Shown here: positions 8,470 through 16,822 of the stretch, piece after piece
Layout: each line of letters starts with the position of its first letter
How positions within the stretch are numbered: position 1 is the stretch's first letter
Source of the DNA: Acidimicrobiia bacterium
GTDB lineage: Bacteria; Actinomycetota; Acidimicrobiia; Acidimicrobiales; CADCSY01
Assembly: GCA_050249235.1 (NCBI GenBank)
Contig: JBFWQW010000001.1
Location: 18,145-82,144 of the forward strand
Reading direction: 5' to 3'
DNA length: 64,000 nucleotides
Notes under the pieces: model-generated
Database searches by the model: none
What the model saw: only the letters and a program-made list of their open reading frames with translations
What the model was told of the DNA's origin: nothing
Position numbers and translations under genes: made by a program

Positions 8470-10179
8470 ATGGCGGCGGTGGTGAAGCGGGGGCTCCGGC
8501 GCGTCCCGGCGGCGGTCCTTGCCGGCGTCGGCGTCGTCGTCGCGGTGGCGCTCGTCGTCGGGGGACTGGCCCTCATCCGGCCGGACGAGGGGCCGGCGCC
8601 CCTGCCCGAGCGCATCGCCGTCCTCCGGCCTGTGACCCGGTGGCTCCAGGCCTGGCAGGCGGACGACCGTGACGCGATGGTCGCCCTGGCCGGCGTCGAG
8701 GGCCGGGAGCGCGAGGCCATGCTCGCCGCCCTCGGCTCGTTCCGGGACGGGCTGGGCGGGTTGCAGGGCGAGGGCGGTGGCCTGCTGACCATCGTCGGCG
8801 AGCCCCGGATCGTCGGCGACCGGGCGGTCGTGCCCTTCGACGCCGTGGTCGGGCTCGGTGGGCACGGCATCTGGCCGTACCGGGGCGAGCTCACCGTGGT
8901 CAGGGTCGGGGGCGACCGGGACCGCGACCGGTGGCGGCCGGTCTGGGATCCGGGCGCGCTCCACCCGTCGTTGTCGCCGACCCGGCGCTTCGAGCTGGCC
9001 CTGGTCTGGCCGGCCCGGGCCGAGCTCGTGCTCGGCGACGGGCGTCCGGCGGCCGGTCGGGTGCCGGCGTCGCTCCTCGGCCGGGTGGCGCCGGCCACAG
9101 CCGAGCAGGCCGCCGCCCTGGGACCGCCCTACGTGGCCGGCCACCCGATCGGCGTCAGCGGCCTGCAGGCGTCGCAGGAGCGGGTGCTGGCCGGGACCCC
9201 CACCGCCGAGCTGCGCCTGCTCGACGGCGACGACGTGGTCGAGGTGGTGCTGCGGTCCGACGGGTCGCCCCCGAGGACGGCCCGGGTGACGATCGAGCCG
9301 GGCACCCAGTCGCTGGCCGAAGAGGTGCTCGAGGTCGTGCCGGAGGGCAAACCGGCCGCGCTCGTGGCCATCCGGCCCTCGACGGGCGACATCGTCGCCG
9401 AGGCCAGCCGGCCCTCCGGTGGCTTCGATCGGGCCCTGCTCGGCCGCTACCCGCCCGGCTCGACGTTCAAGGTGGTGACGACCCTGGCCCTGCTGGCCAA
9501 GGGCGTCGTCCTCGACGAGATGGTGCCTTGCCCGGTCGAGGCGGTCATCGGCGGGCGGCGGTTCGTCAACGCCGAAGGCCACGAGCTCGGCACCATCCCG
9601 TTCCGGCGAGCCTTCGCGGAGTCGTGCAACACGGCCTTCGTGCAGCTGGCCCAGCGGCTCTCGCCGGAGGAGCTGCACGCCGCCGCGGTGTCGGTCGGCT
9701 TCGACACCGACCTCGCCGTCGGGGTGCCGACGGCCACGTCGAGCATGCCGGTGCCCTCCGGCCCGGTCGACCAGGCTGCCAGCTCGATCGGGCAGGGCCG
9801 CATCCTCGCCTCACCCCTCCAGATGGCGGCGGTGGCCGCGGCGGTCGCCGCCGGGGGGTACCGCCCGCCCCGCCTGGCCGACGCGGGGCCGCCCGCCGCC
9901 CTCACGCCCTTCCCGCCCGGGGTGGCCGACGCCACCGCCGAGCTCATGCGGCTCGCCGTGTCGAGCGGCACCGGCACCGCGGCCCGGCTGCCGGGCGTGC
10001 CCGTGGGGGGCAAGACCGGCACCGCCGAGTTCGGGACCGAGGTCCCGCCCCGCACCCACGCCTGGTTCATCGCCTTCCGCGGCGATCTCGCCGTCGCCGT
10101 CGTGGTGGAGGACGGCGGCTTCGGCGGCCAGGTGGCGGCCCCGATCGCGGCCGCCTTCCTCCGCCGCGCCGCCCTCTGA
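8470..10179 (+). CDS. penicillin-binding protein (class B-like transpeptidase with N-terminal membrane anchor)
   Basis: Transpeptidase motifs STFK, SCN and KTGT. An N-terminal TM helix follows MAAVVKRGLRR. I prefer ATG 8470 because CATACT at 8456-8461 lies 8 nt upstream and GC3 is low between 8395 and 8469. The track start GTG 8395 remains possible. Confidence 0.8.
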   Translation: MAAVVKRGLRRVPAAVLAGVGVVVAVALVVGGLALIRPDEGPAPLPERIAVLRPVTRWLQAWQADDRDAMVALAGVEGREREAMLAALGSFRDGLGGLQGEGGGLLTIVGEPRIVGDRAVVPFDAVVGLGGHGIWPYRGELTVVRVGGDRDRDRWRPVWDPGALHPSLSPTRRFELALVWPARAELVLGDGRPAAGRVPASLLGRVAPATAEQAAALGPPYVAGHPIGVSGLQASQERVLAGTPTAELRLLDGDDVVEVVLRSDGSPPRTARVTIEPGTQSLAEEVLEVVPEGKPAALVAIRPSTGDIVAEASRPSGGFDRALLGRYPPGSTFKVVTTLALLAKGVVLDEMVPCPVEAVIGGRRFVNAEGHELGTIPFRRAFAESCNTAFVQLAQRLSPEELHAAAVSVGFDTDLAVGVPTATSSMPVPSGPVDQAASSIGQGRILASPLQMAAVAAAVAAGGYRPPRLADAGPPAALTPFPPGVADATAELMRLAVSSGTGTAARLPGVPVGGKTGTAEFGTEVPPRTHAWFIAFRGDLAVAVVVEDGGFGGQVAAPIAAAFLRRAAL

Positions 10180-10242
10180 GGAGACCCTCCGTCTCGTGCG
10201 ACCCCGGCGACCGCCGGCTCGTGGGGCATGCGGAAGGCAGGG

Positions 10243-10905
10243 TCAAGCGTGGATGGTCATCGGGCGGCCGCGGGCGTCGACGGTGGCGTCGCCGAGGGCG
10301 AGGGCGGTTCCGGCAGCCAGGCGGTGGGCCGTGCGGAGGCAGGCCAGGGCGTCGAGCACGTCGTCTGGGGCGGCGCCCCGGAGGCGGGGAGGGGCGGCCA
10401 GCCCGAGGGCGGCGAGGCGCTCGTCCCGGCCGGCGGGGGAGCGCTTGGGGCACGCCATCGGGGCGCCGGCCAGCACCGCGAAGGCAAGCTCGGGCGACAC
10501 CTCGTGGACCCGGGGCTCCCAGGCATCGTCGACCTCGCGGATCTTGGGGACCAGGTTCCAGGCCTGGATCGACAGGCCCGTCACCGCCTCGAACGAGGCC
10601 GCCCCCAGCGCCTCCCGTGACGGGGCGGGGAAGACGGACGACCGCCTGGGGCCGAGGGCGGCCCGGGCGGCCACGTCGCACGCCCGACGGGTGCCGGGGA
10701 CGGGCAGCCCGATCGGCATGTCCACGGCGACGACGCCGTCGACGAGCCGGAGCACGTCGGCGAACCGGCCCACCACCTCGAGGCCGGCATCGGTCGCCAC
10801 GACCCACCCGGTCCGGCACCCGTCGACGCCGGCGACGGAGGGTCGGGGGTCGGGTGGCGTGCGAGGGGGGTCGGGCGTTGGGCGCCGGGTGACGGGTCCG
10901 GTCAG
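10243..10905 (-). CDS. DUF429 domain-containing protein (predicted RNase H-like fold)
   Basis: C-terminal part of the 910-aa track ORF: ...[25 protein letters not shown]...MPIGLP.... No ATG/GTG/TTG lies upstream of the conserved GVDGCRTGW. Candidates are CTG 10905 (overlapping the phoH-like stop as CTGA) or GTG 10800 (which truncates the motif). Confidence 0.6.
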   Translation of the reverse strand: MTGPVTRRPTPDPPRTPPDPRPSVAGVDGCRTGWVVATDAGLEVVGRFADVLRLVDGVVAVDMPIGLPVPGTRRACDVAARAALGPRRSSVFPAPSREALGAASFEAVTGLSIQAWNLVPKIREVDDAWEPRVHEVSPELAFAVLAGAPMACPKRSPAGRDERLAALGLAAPPRLRGAAPDDVLDALACLRTAHRLAAGTALALGDATVDARGRPMTIHA

Positions 10906-12239
10906 AGCAGCTCGGTGACGAGGGCGGCGATGGCCGACCGCTCCGAACGGCTCAGCGTGATGTGGCCGAAGAGCGGGTGGCCCCGGAGGGCGTCGATCAC
11001 GGCGGCCACGCCGTCGTGGCGGCCGACCCGGAGGTTGTCGCGCTGGGCCACGTCGTGGGTGAGGACGACCCGGCTGTTGGCACCCATGCGCGACAAGGCG
11101 GTGAGCAGGACCCCCCGCTCGAGGTTCTGGGCCTCGTCGATCACCACGAACGTGTCGGTGAGGCTGCGGCCCCGGATGTGGGTGAGGGGCAGCACCTCGA
11201 CCAGTCCCCGGGCCTGGACCTCCTCCACCACCGCCGGCCCGGCGATGGCGTCGAGGGCGTCGGCGACGGCGGCCGCCCACGGGTTCATCTTCTCGGCCTC
11301 GCTGCCGGGGAGGAAGCCGAGGTCCTGGCCCCCGACGGCGAAGAGGGGCCGGAACACGACCACCCGCTTGTGCACCCGCTGCTCGAGCACCGACTCGAGG
11401 CCGGCGGCGAGGGCCAGCACGCTCTTGCCGGTGCCGGCCGGTCCGCCGAGGCTGACGATGCCCACATCGGGATCGGCGAGGAGGTCCATGGCCAGGCGCT
11501 GCTCGGCCGACCGGCCGTGCACGTCGAACAGGGTGCGGTCGCCCCGCACCAGGTGGACCCGCTTGTCCTCGTGCACCCGGCCGAGCGCCGACTGCGACCC
11601 GGTGGTGAGCGTGACGCCCGTGTTGCAGGGCAGGTCGAGGCCGGCCAGCGCCAGCCGGTCGAGGTCGACCGCCCGCTCGGCGAACAGCTCGTCGATCACG
11701 GCGCCGGCCACCTCGAGCTCGACGTGGCCGGTCCAGGTGGCGTCGACGGCCTGCTCGTTGCGGTACTCCTCGGCCGCCAGTCCGACGATGCTGGCCTTCA
11801 GCCGCAGCGGCAGGTCCTTGGTGACGACGACCACGTCGGCGCCCTCGTCGGCCAGGCTGCGGGCCACGGCCAGGATGCGGTGGTCGTTGTTGCCGGCGTC
11901 GTGGCCGCTGGTGAGCCCGCTCGGCAGGCGGGACGTGTCCTGGTGGTTGAGCTCCACCCGGAGCGTGCCGCCGTCGTCGTTCACGGCCAGGGGCTGGACG
12001 ATCGAGCCGTGGGCGACCCGGAGGGCCTCGAGGGCCCTGATGGCCTCCCGCGCCGCCCAACCCAGCTCGGGGTGGTCGCGCTTCGACTCCAGCTCGGCGA
12101 GCACCACCACCGGGAGCACGACGTCGTGCTCCTCGAAGCGGGTCAGGGAGCGGGGGTCGGCCAGGAGGACCGACGTGTCGAGCACGTAGGTCCGCCGGCC
12201 GCCGTTGGCAGCGCGGGGGCGACGGGGCACGGCGTTCAT
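10902..12239 (-). CDS. PhoH2-like protein (N-terminal PIN domain fused to PhoH ATPase)
   Basis: Start at ATG 12239 (MNAVPRRPR...) within the 611-aa ORF. PIN-like [12 protein letters not shown]...VVLAELE, Walker A GPAGTGKS and Walker [10 protein letters not shown]. Confidence 0.9.
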   Translation of the reverse strand: MNAVPRRPRAANGGRRTYVLDTSVLLADPRSLTRFEEHDVVLPVVVLAELESKRDHPELGWAAREAIRALEALRVAHGSIVQPLAVNDDGGTLRVELNHQDTSRLPSGLTSGHDAGNNDHRILAVARSLADEGADVVVVTKDLPLRLKASIVGLAAEEYRNEQAVDATWTGHVELEVAGAVIDELFAERAVDLDRLALAGLDLPCNTGVTLTTGSQSALGRVHEDKRVHLVRGDRTLFDVHGRSAEQRLAMDLLADPDVGIVSLGGPAGTGKSVLALAAGLESVLEQRVHKRVVVFRPLFAVGGQDLGFLPGSEAEKMNPWAAAVADALDAIAGPAVVEEVQARGLVEVLPLTHIRGRSLTDTFVVIDEAQNLERGVLLTALSRMGANSRVVLTHDVAQRDNLRVGRHDGVAAVIDALRGHPLFGHITLSRSERSAIAALVTELL

Positions 12240-12474
12240 GGTGGACCCCGCTCCTGTCGCGATGGTGGACCCGGGGTCGCGGGGAGGTGGCCGCCCGGCG
12301 ACCATCTCCAAACCCGACCCCAAGGGTCGACATTTCCCGGGGCGCACCGCTAGCGTCGCCGTGCCACGACCAGGTGCCCCCTCGACCGCCGGGCGGACGA
12401 CGGCACGCCGGCCCGGCGCCGCCGCCGGGAGGGTCGCAGGCACGAGTCCGCAGCAGAACCCCAAAGGAGCGAAC

Positions 12475-13119
12475 ATGGCAGTCCGTCTGGGAGACGAAGC
12501 CCCCAACTTCACGGCCGAGACCACCGAGGGCCCGATCGACTTCCACCAGTGGAAGGGCGACAGCTGGGCGGTCCTGTTCTCGCATCCCAAGGACTTCACC
12601 CCGGTCTGCACCACCGAGCTGGGCGCGGTGGCCGCCCTCAAGCCAGAGTTCGACAAGCGGGGCGTGAAGGTCATCGGGCTGTCGGTCGACGCCGTCGACT
12701 CGCACGCCGGCTGGGCATCGGACATCAAGGACGTCACCGGCGCCGAGGTGAACTTCCCGCTGATCGCCGACCAGGATCATTCGATCGCCGAGCAGTACGA
12801 CATGCTCCCGGCCACGGCCGGCGTCGCCCTCGCCGACGTCCTCACGGTGCGGTCCGTCTACATCGTCGGCCCGGACAACAAGGTGAAGCTGTCGCTCACC
12901 TATCCGGCCAGCACGGGTCGGAACTTCGACGAGGTGCTGCGGGTCATCGACTCCCTGCAGCTCACCGCCAAGCACTCGGTGGCCACGCCGGCGAACTGGA
13001 AGCAGGGCGAGGACGTGATCATCGCCAACTCCGTCTCCGACGAGGAGGCCAAGGCGAAGTTCCCCGCCGGCTGGGACGCGAAGAAGCCCTACCTGCGGGT
13101 CACGAAGCAGCCGGGCTGA
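12475..13119 (+). CDS. peroxiredoxin (1-Cys / Prx6-type)
   Basis: ATG 12475 is preceded by AAAGGAG. Motif [12 protein letters not shown] and C-terminus [11 protein letters not shown]. Its 3' end overlaps the convergent lgt gene by 20 bp. Confidence 0.9.
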   Translation: MAVRLGDEAPNFTAETTEGPIDFHQWKGDSWAVLFSHPKDFTPVCTTELGAVAALKPEFDKRGVKVIGLSVDAVDSHAGWASDIKDVTGAEVNFPLIADQDHSIAEQYDMLPATAGVALADVLTVRSVYIVGPDNKVKLSLTYPASTGRNFDEVLRVIDSLQLTAKHSVATPANWKQGEDVIIANSVSDEEAKAKFPAGWDAKKPYLRVTKQPG

Positions 13120-14035
13120 CCGGCGGGGCCCCGGAGTCGGGGCTCACGTCACCGTCGGCCCCGGAGACGAGTGCAGCGGCGTCGTCACCCCCGGTGGCGG
13201 CGCCGCTCCCGCGCCCGGGAGGCTCCCGGTCCTGCGACAGCCGGGCGAGGGAGGGGCGCACGAACGCCCAGACCCACACCGCGGTGGCGAGCAACCCCAG
13301 GCACATCCACTGGGCGCCGGTGAGGCCGAGCACGGTGTCGTCGTAGGTGCGGAGGAAGTCGGTGAGGAAGCGTCCGACCCCGTACCAGACGAGGAACACG
13401 CCGACGCCGGTGCCGGCCCGGGAACGCGGCCGGGACAGGAGCCACCAGAGCAGGCCGGCGAGCACCACCAGATGGGCCAGCTCGTAGAGCGCGGTGTTGT
13501 GGATCGCCTGGCTCACCACGAGCGGTCCCTCGCGGGTCGAGCCGCCGTCGTAGCGGCTGGCGAAGGGGAACGACGTCGGGCCGCCGAGGTGCTCGCCGAC
13601 GGCGTAGCAGCCGACGCGACCGATGGCGAGGCCGACGGTGAGGCCGAGCGCCATGCCGTCGAGCAGCCGCCAGCGCTGGAGCCGGTCCCGCCGGCGGATC
13701 GACGGGAGGCCGACGGCGACGGCGGCGAGGAAGCCGCCGGAGAACTGCAGCCCCCCCTGCCACACCGCGACCAGGTCCAGGGGCGAGTCGATCTCGCCGG
13801 GATGGGTGAGCACCCAGGTGACCCGGGCGCCGACCACGCCGGCCAGCACCATGCGGGTGCCGAGCGAGATGGTGTCATCGGCGGGCACGCCGGCCCGCTC
13901 GCCCCAGCGGGCCGCGATGGCGATCCCCAGCAGCACCCCCAGGCCCACGCACAGCCCGAACGTGCGCAGGCTCAGCGGGCCGAGCTCGATGACGGGGAAC
14001 GTCGTGTAGGGGATCTCGGCCCACATGGTCGCCAT
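13100..14035 (-). CDS. lgt: prolipoprotein diacylglyceryl transferase
   Basis: Start at ATG 14035 (MATMWAEIPY...) inside the 359-aa ORF. Polytopic membrane protein with Lgt-like GRVGCYAVGEHLG and HNTALYE motifs. Confidence 0.9.
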   Translation of the reverse strand: MATMWAEIPYTTFPVIELGPLSLRTFGLCVGLGVLLGIAIAARWGERAGVPADDTISLGTRMVLAGVVGARVTWVLTHPGEIDSPLDLVAVWQGGLQFSGGFLAAVAVGLPSIRRRDRLQRWRLLDGMALGLTVGLAIGRVGCYAVGEHLGGPTSFPFASRYDGGSTREGPLVVSQAIHNTALYELAHLVVLAGLLWWLLSRPRSRAGTGVGVFLVWYGVGRFLTDFLRTYDDTVLGLTGAQWMCLGLLATAVWVWAFVRPSLARLSQDREPPGRGSGAATGGDDAAALVSGADGDVSPDSGAPPVSPAAS

Positions 14036-14104
14036 CTTCGCACCGGCCCGGGCCGCCCCCGGGGCGGCCCCGGCACCGCCCGGCGCGTCCCGTACCGTGG
14101 CGCG

Positions 14105-14332
14105 GTGCCCGAGCAGCTGGCCCAGGCGGATTCGACGACCACCACGTCGACCGAGGTGCCGCGTGTGGTCGGCGACCATCCCGGCACCGAGCCGGTGGTG
14201 GTGGCCGGCGCCGCGCTCCTGGTGACGATCCTCGCCGCCGGCGCGTACGCCCGGTGGCGGACCCGCCGGCCGGGCGGGCCCGCGGCCCCGGTGCCGACCA
14301 CGGGACCGGCCGCAAAAAGGGGCGGGGGCTGA
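14105..14332 (+). CDS. candidate small single-pass membrane protein (hypothetical)
   Basis: Tail of the 286-aa track ORF from GTG 14105 (or GTG 14156/14165). One hydrophobic helix VVVAGAALLVTILAAGAYA followed by RWRTRR. GC3 is very high in this frame. The stop lies inside a 9-bp stem hairpin. Confidence 0.4.
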   Translation: MPEQLAQADSTTTTSTEVPRVVGDHPGTEPVVVAGAALLVTILAAGAYARWRTRRPGGPAAPVPTTGPAAKRGGG

Positions 14333-14360
14333 GGCACGCCCCCCCGACGTACCTCAGCCC
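14326..14360 (+). terminator. hairpin (GGGCTGAGG / CCTCAGCCC, 17-nt loop)
   Basis: The 9-bp perfect stem was read directly. No U-tract follows, which is common in high-GC actinobacteria. Confidence 0.4.
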
Positions 14361-14489
14361 GCAACCGCACCTCTCCAGCCCGCAGCCGAGCTGTGGTGTG
14401 GAGTTCGAGGGTCACTATCGACCATCCGGGCGGATGTGTCAACTGGCACACTTCCCGAGGGGTCGTCGCACCGGCCGCCCGGCCGGGGC

Positions 14490-15191
14490 TCACAGGTCGG
14501 TGAGGAGCTTGAAGCGCTCGGCCCCGCCGGTGCCGGCGGCGACCCGCTCGGCGTGGGCCCGGAGGGCGCCGGCGTCGTCGGAGCGGTCGATGCCGAAGGT
14601 GGTGAGGTACTGCGACCGGTGGGCCTGGAGGGCGGCGACCTTGGCGCCGAGGGCGGCCCCGTCGACGGGCTCGTCGTGGTCGGGCTCGTCGGCCTCCCAC
14701 AGGAGGAGGGCCGAGGGTCGCCACGACGCCAGCCCCTGCTCGGGGAAGAACAGCGGGTCGCGGGCCGCGACGATGCCCTCGCAGGCGAGGCGACCGGCGT
14801 GGCGGTGGTCGGGGTGGAGCCGGTAGCGGCGCCAGGGGTCGTGGCCGAGCACGACCTGGGGCCGCAGCCGGCGGATGGCGGCCGCGACGAGGCCCCGCTC
14901 GGGGAGGCCGGAGGCGAGCTCGCCGTCGACCCGGTCGAGGAACACGCACACGCCGCTACCGCCGAGGGCCCGGAGGGCGGCCCGCTGCTCGTCGCGGCGG
15001 GTGGCGGCCAGGCGGTCGCGATCCTCGGCCCCGTCCCAGGAGCCCTTCGACCCGTCGGTGCACACGAGGATGCTCACCTCGCAGCCGGCCCCCGCCCACC
15101 GGGCCAGGGTGGCGCCGGCGTTGAGCTCGGCGTCGTCCGGGTGGGCCGAGATGGCGAGGGCCCGCTCGGGCACGGCCAGGGGCTCAGCCAT
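14490..15191 (-). CDS. PIG-L family deacetylase (LmbE-like)
   Basis: 233-aa ORF with AHPDDAELNAG and HPDHRH zinc-site motifs. Overlaps cofC by 8 nt. Confidence 0.85.
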   Translation of the reverse strand: MAEPLAVPERALAISAHPDDAELNAGATLARWAGAGCEVSILVCTDGSKGSWDGAEDRDRLAATRRDEQRAALRALGGSGVCVFLDRVDGELASGLPERGLVAAAIRRLRPQVVLGHDPWRRYRLHPDHRHAGRLACEGIVAARDPLFFPEQGLASWRPSALLLWEADEPDHDEPVDGAALGAKVAALQAHRSQYLTTFGIDRSDDAGALRAHAERVAAGTGGAERFKLLTDL

Positions 15192-15801
15192 CGTGGTCGG
15201 CGGCGACGGGTCGACCCGGGTCGGACCCCGTCCGGGCCTCGAGGTCGCCGGGGGCGAGGTCGGCCGGGTCGTCGACGTCGCGCACGAGGTCGGCAGCCCG
15301 GACCACGTCGAACGCGAGGCCCAGCCGGGCCGCCTCGGCCCGGTGGCGGGCGAACGAGCCGGGGCCGTAGGCGAACCGGAAGCCGGCGCCGGTCGGGACG
15401 ACCAGGACGTTCGTGCCGTCGTCGCGACGGTCGGGCACGGCCACCACGCCCGAGCCCCCGGCCAGGGCCCGGAGGTCGCGGGCGTCGGGGAGGTCGCCGT
15501 GGGCGACGACCACCCTCCTGCAGCCGGCGCCGGCCAGGGCGTCGACGCCGGCGGCGACGGCGCCGTTCAGGTCGAGGCCGGCCGTCCACGTCACCGCCGC
15601 GCCGGCGGCGACGGCCCAGGCGGCGACGTCGTCGTCGTCGCAGGCGACCGTGACGGGAAGGTCGTGGGCCGCGGCCAGAACCCGGGTGGCGAGCTCGCGG
15701 GCCAGGTCGGCCCGGGCCTCGGCACCGAGGACGGGGGCGAGCCGGGCCTTGGCCAGGCCGAAGGCCTTCACCGGGACGAGGACGGCGACCTCGGTCCGCA
15801 C
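15184..15801 (-). CDS. cofC: 2-phospho-L-lactate (or PEP) guanylyltransferase, F420 biosynthesis
   Basis: Last ~205 aa of the 1292-aa track ORF. Start GTG 15801 (VRTEVAVLVPVKAFGLAKARL...); ATG 15834 is an alternative. CofC/FbiD-like AVLVPVK...AK.RL and DLP motifs. Confidence 0.8.
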   Translation of the reverse strand: MRTEVAVLVPVKAFGLAKARLAPVLGAEARADLARELATRVLAAAHDLPVTVACDDDDVAAWAVAAGAAVTWTAGLDLNGAVAAGVDALAGAGCRRVVVAHGDLPDARDLRALAGGSGVVAVPDRRDDGTNVLVVPTGAGFRFAYGPGSFARHRAEAARLGLAFDVVRAADLVRDVDDPADLAPGDLEARTGSDPGRPVAADHDG

Positions 15802-15832
15802 AGGCGGGTGAGTGTACGTACGCTCCCGGCTC

Positions 15833-16822
15833 ATGGCGCTGCGGGTGACGGTGGTCGGCGCCGGCTCGTGGGGCACCACCGTGGCGGCGCTGCTGGCGGC
15901 GGAGTCGACGGTGGCGCTCTGGGCCCGGCGGCCCGAGGTGGCCGAGCTGATCGCCACGACCGGCACCAACCCGGTGTACCTGCCCGGCGTGATCCTGCCG
16001 CCGGAGGTGGTGGCGACCTCCTCCCTGGCGGACGCCGTCGCCGGGACGGACGTGGTGGCGATGGCGGTGCCGTCCGGCGGGTTCCGGTCGGTGCTGGCCC
16101 AGGCCCTGCCCGACCTGCCCGGGGGCGTCCCCGTGGTCAGCCTGGCGAAGGGGCTCGAGCCCGGGACCCGGCTCCGCATGACCCAGGTGGTGGCCGACGT
16201 GGCCCCGGGCCACCCGCCGGGGGCGCTCACCGGTCCGAACCTGGCCGGCGAGATCGCCGCCGGCCAGCCGGCCGCGGCCGTGCTCGCCGTCGCCGACGCG
16301 GACCTGGCCGCGTGGCTCCAGCCCGTGTTCCACCGGCCCACGTTCCGCGTGTACACGAACCCCGACGTGGTGGGCTGCGAGATCGCCGGCGTGGTGAAGA
16401 ACGTCATCGCCATCGCGGCCGGCATGGTCGAGGGCCTCGGCTTCGGCGACAACACCAAGGCGACGGTGATGACCCGTGGGCTCGCCGAGCTGAGCCGGCT
16501 GGGCGCGGCCCTCGGCGGCGACCCCCGCACGTTCGCCGGCCTGGCCGGCCTGGGCGACCTGGTGGCCACCTGCGCCAGCGAGCGCAGCCGCAACCACCGG
16601 GTGGGCGTCGAGCTGGGCCGGGGCCGGGCCCTGCCCGACATCCTGGCCGCCACCCCGATGGTGGCCGAGGGGGTGGCCTCGTCGGCGGTCGTCTGCGAGC
16701 TGGCCGCCGGGGCCGGCATCGAGATGCCGCTGGCCGACCAGGTCCGGGCGGTGTGCCAGGGCGTGGCCACGCCGGCCGAGGTGGTCGCCGCCCTGCTGCG
16801 CCGGGCCCCCACGAGCGAATGA
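15833..16822 (+). CDS. gpsA: NAD(P)H-dependent glycerol-3-phosphate dehydrogenase
   Basis: MALRVTVVGAGSWGTTVA (GxGxxG), then GpsA-like LAKGLE, NLAGEIA and VKNVIAIAAG. ATG 15812 is an in-frame alternative start. Confidence 0.9.
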   Translation: MALRVTVVGAGSWGTTVAALLAAESTVALWARRPEVAELIATTGTNPVYLPGVILPPEVVATSSLADAVAGTDVVAMAVPSGGFRSVLAQALPDLPGGVPVVSLAKGLEPGTRLRMTQVVADVAPGHPPGALTGPNLAGEIAAGQPAAAVLAVADADLAAWLQPVFHRPTFRVYTNPDVVGCEIAGVVKNVIAIAAGMVEGLGFGDNTKATVMTRGLAELSRLGAALGGDPRTFAGLAGLGDLVATCASERSRNHRVGVELGRGRALPDILAATPMVAEGVASSAVVCELAAGAGIEMPLADQVRAVCQGVATPAEVVAALLRRAPTSE

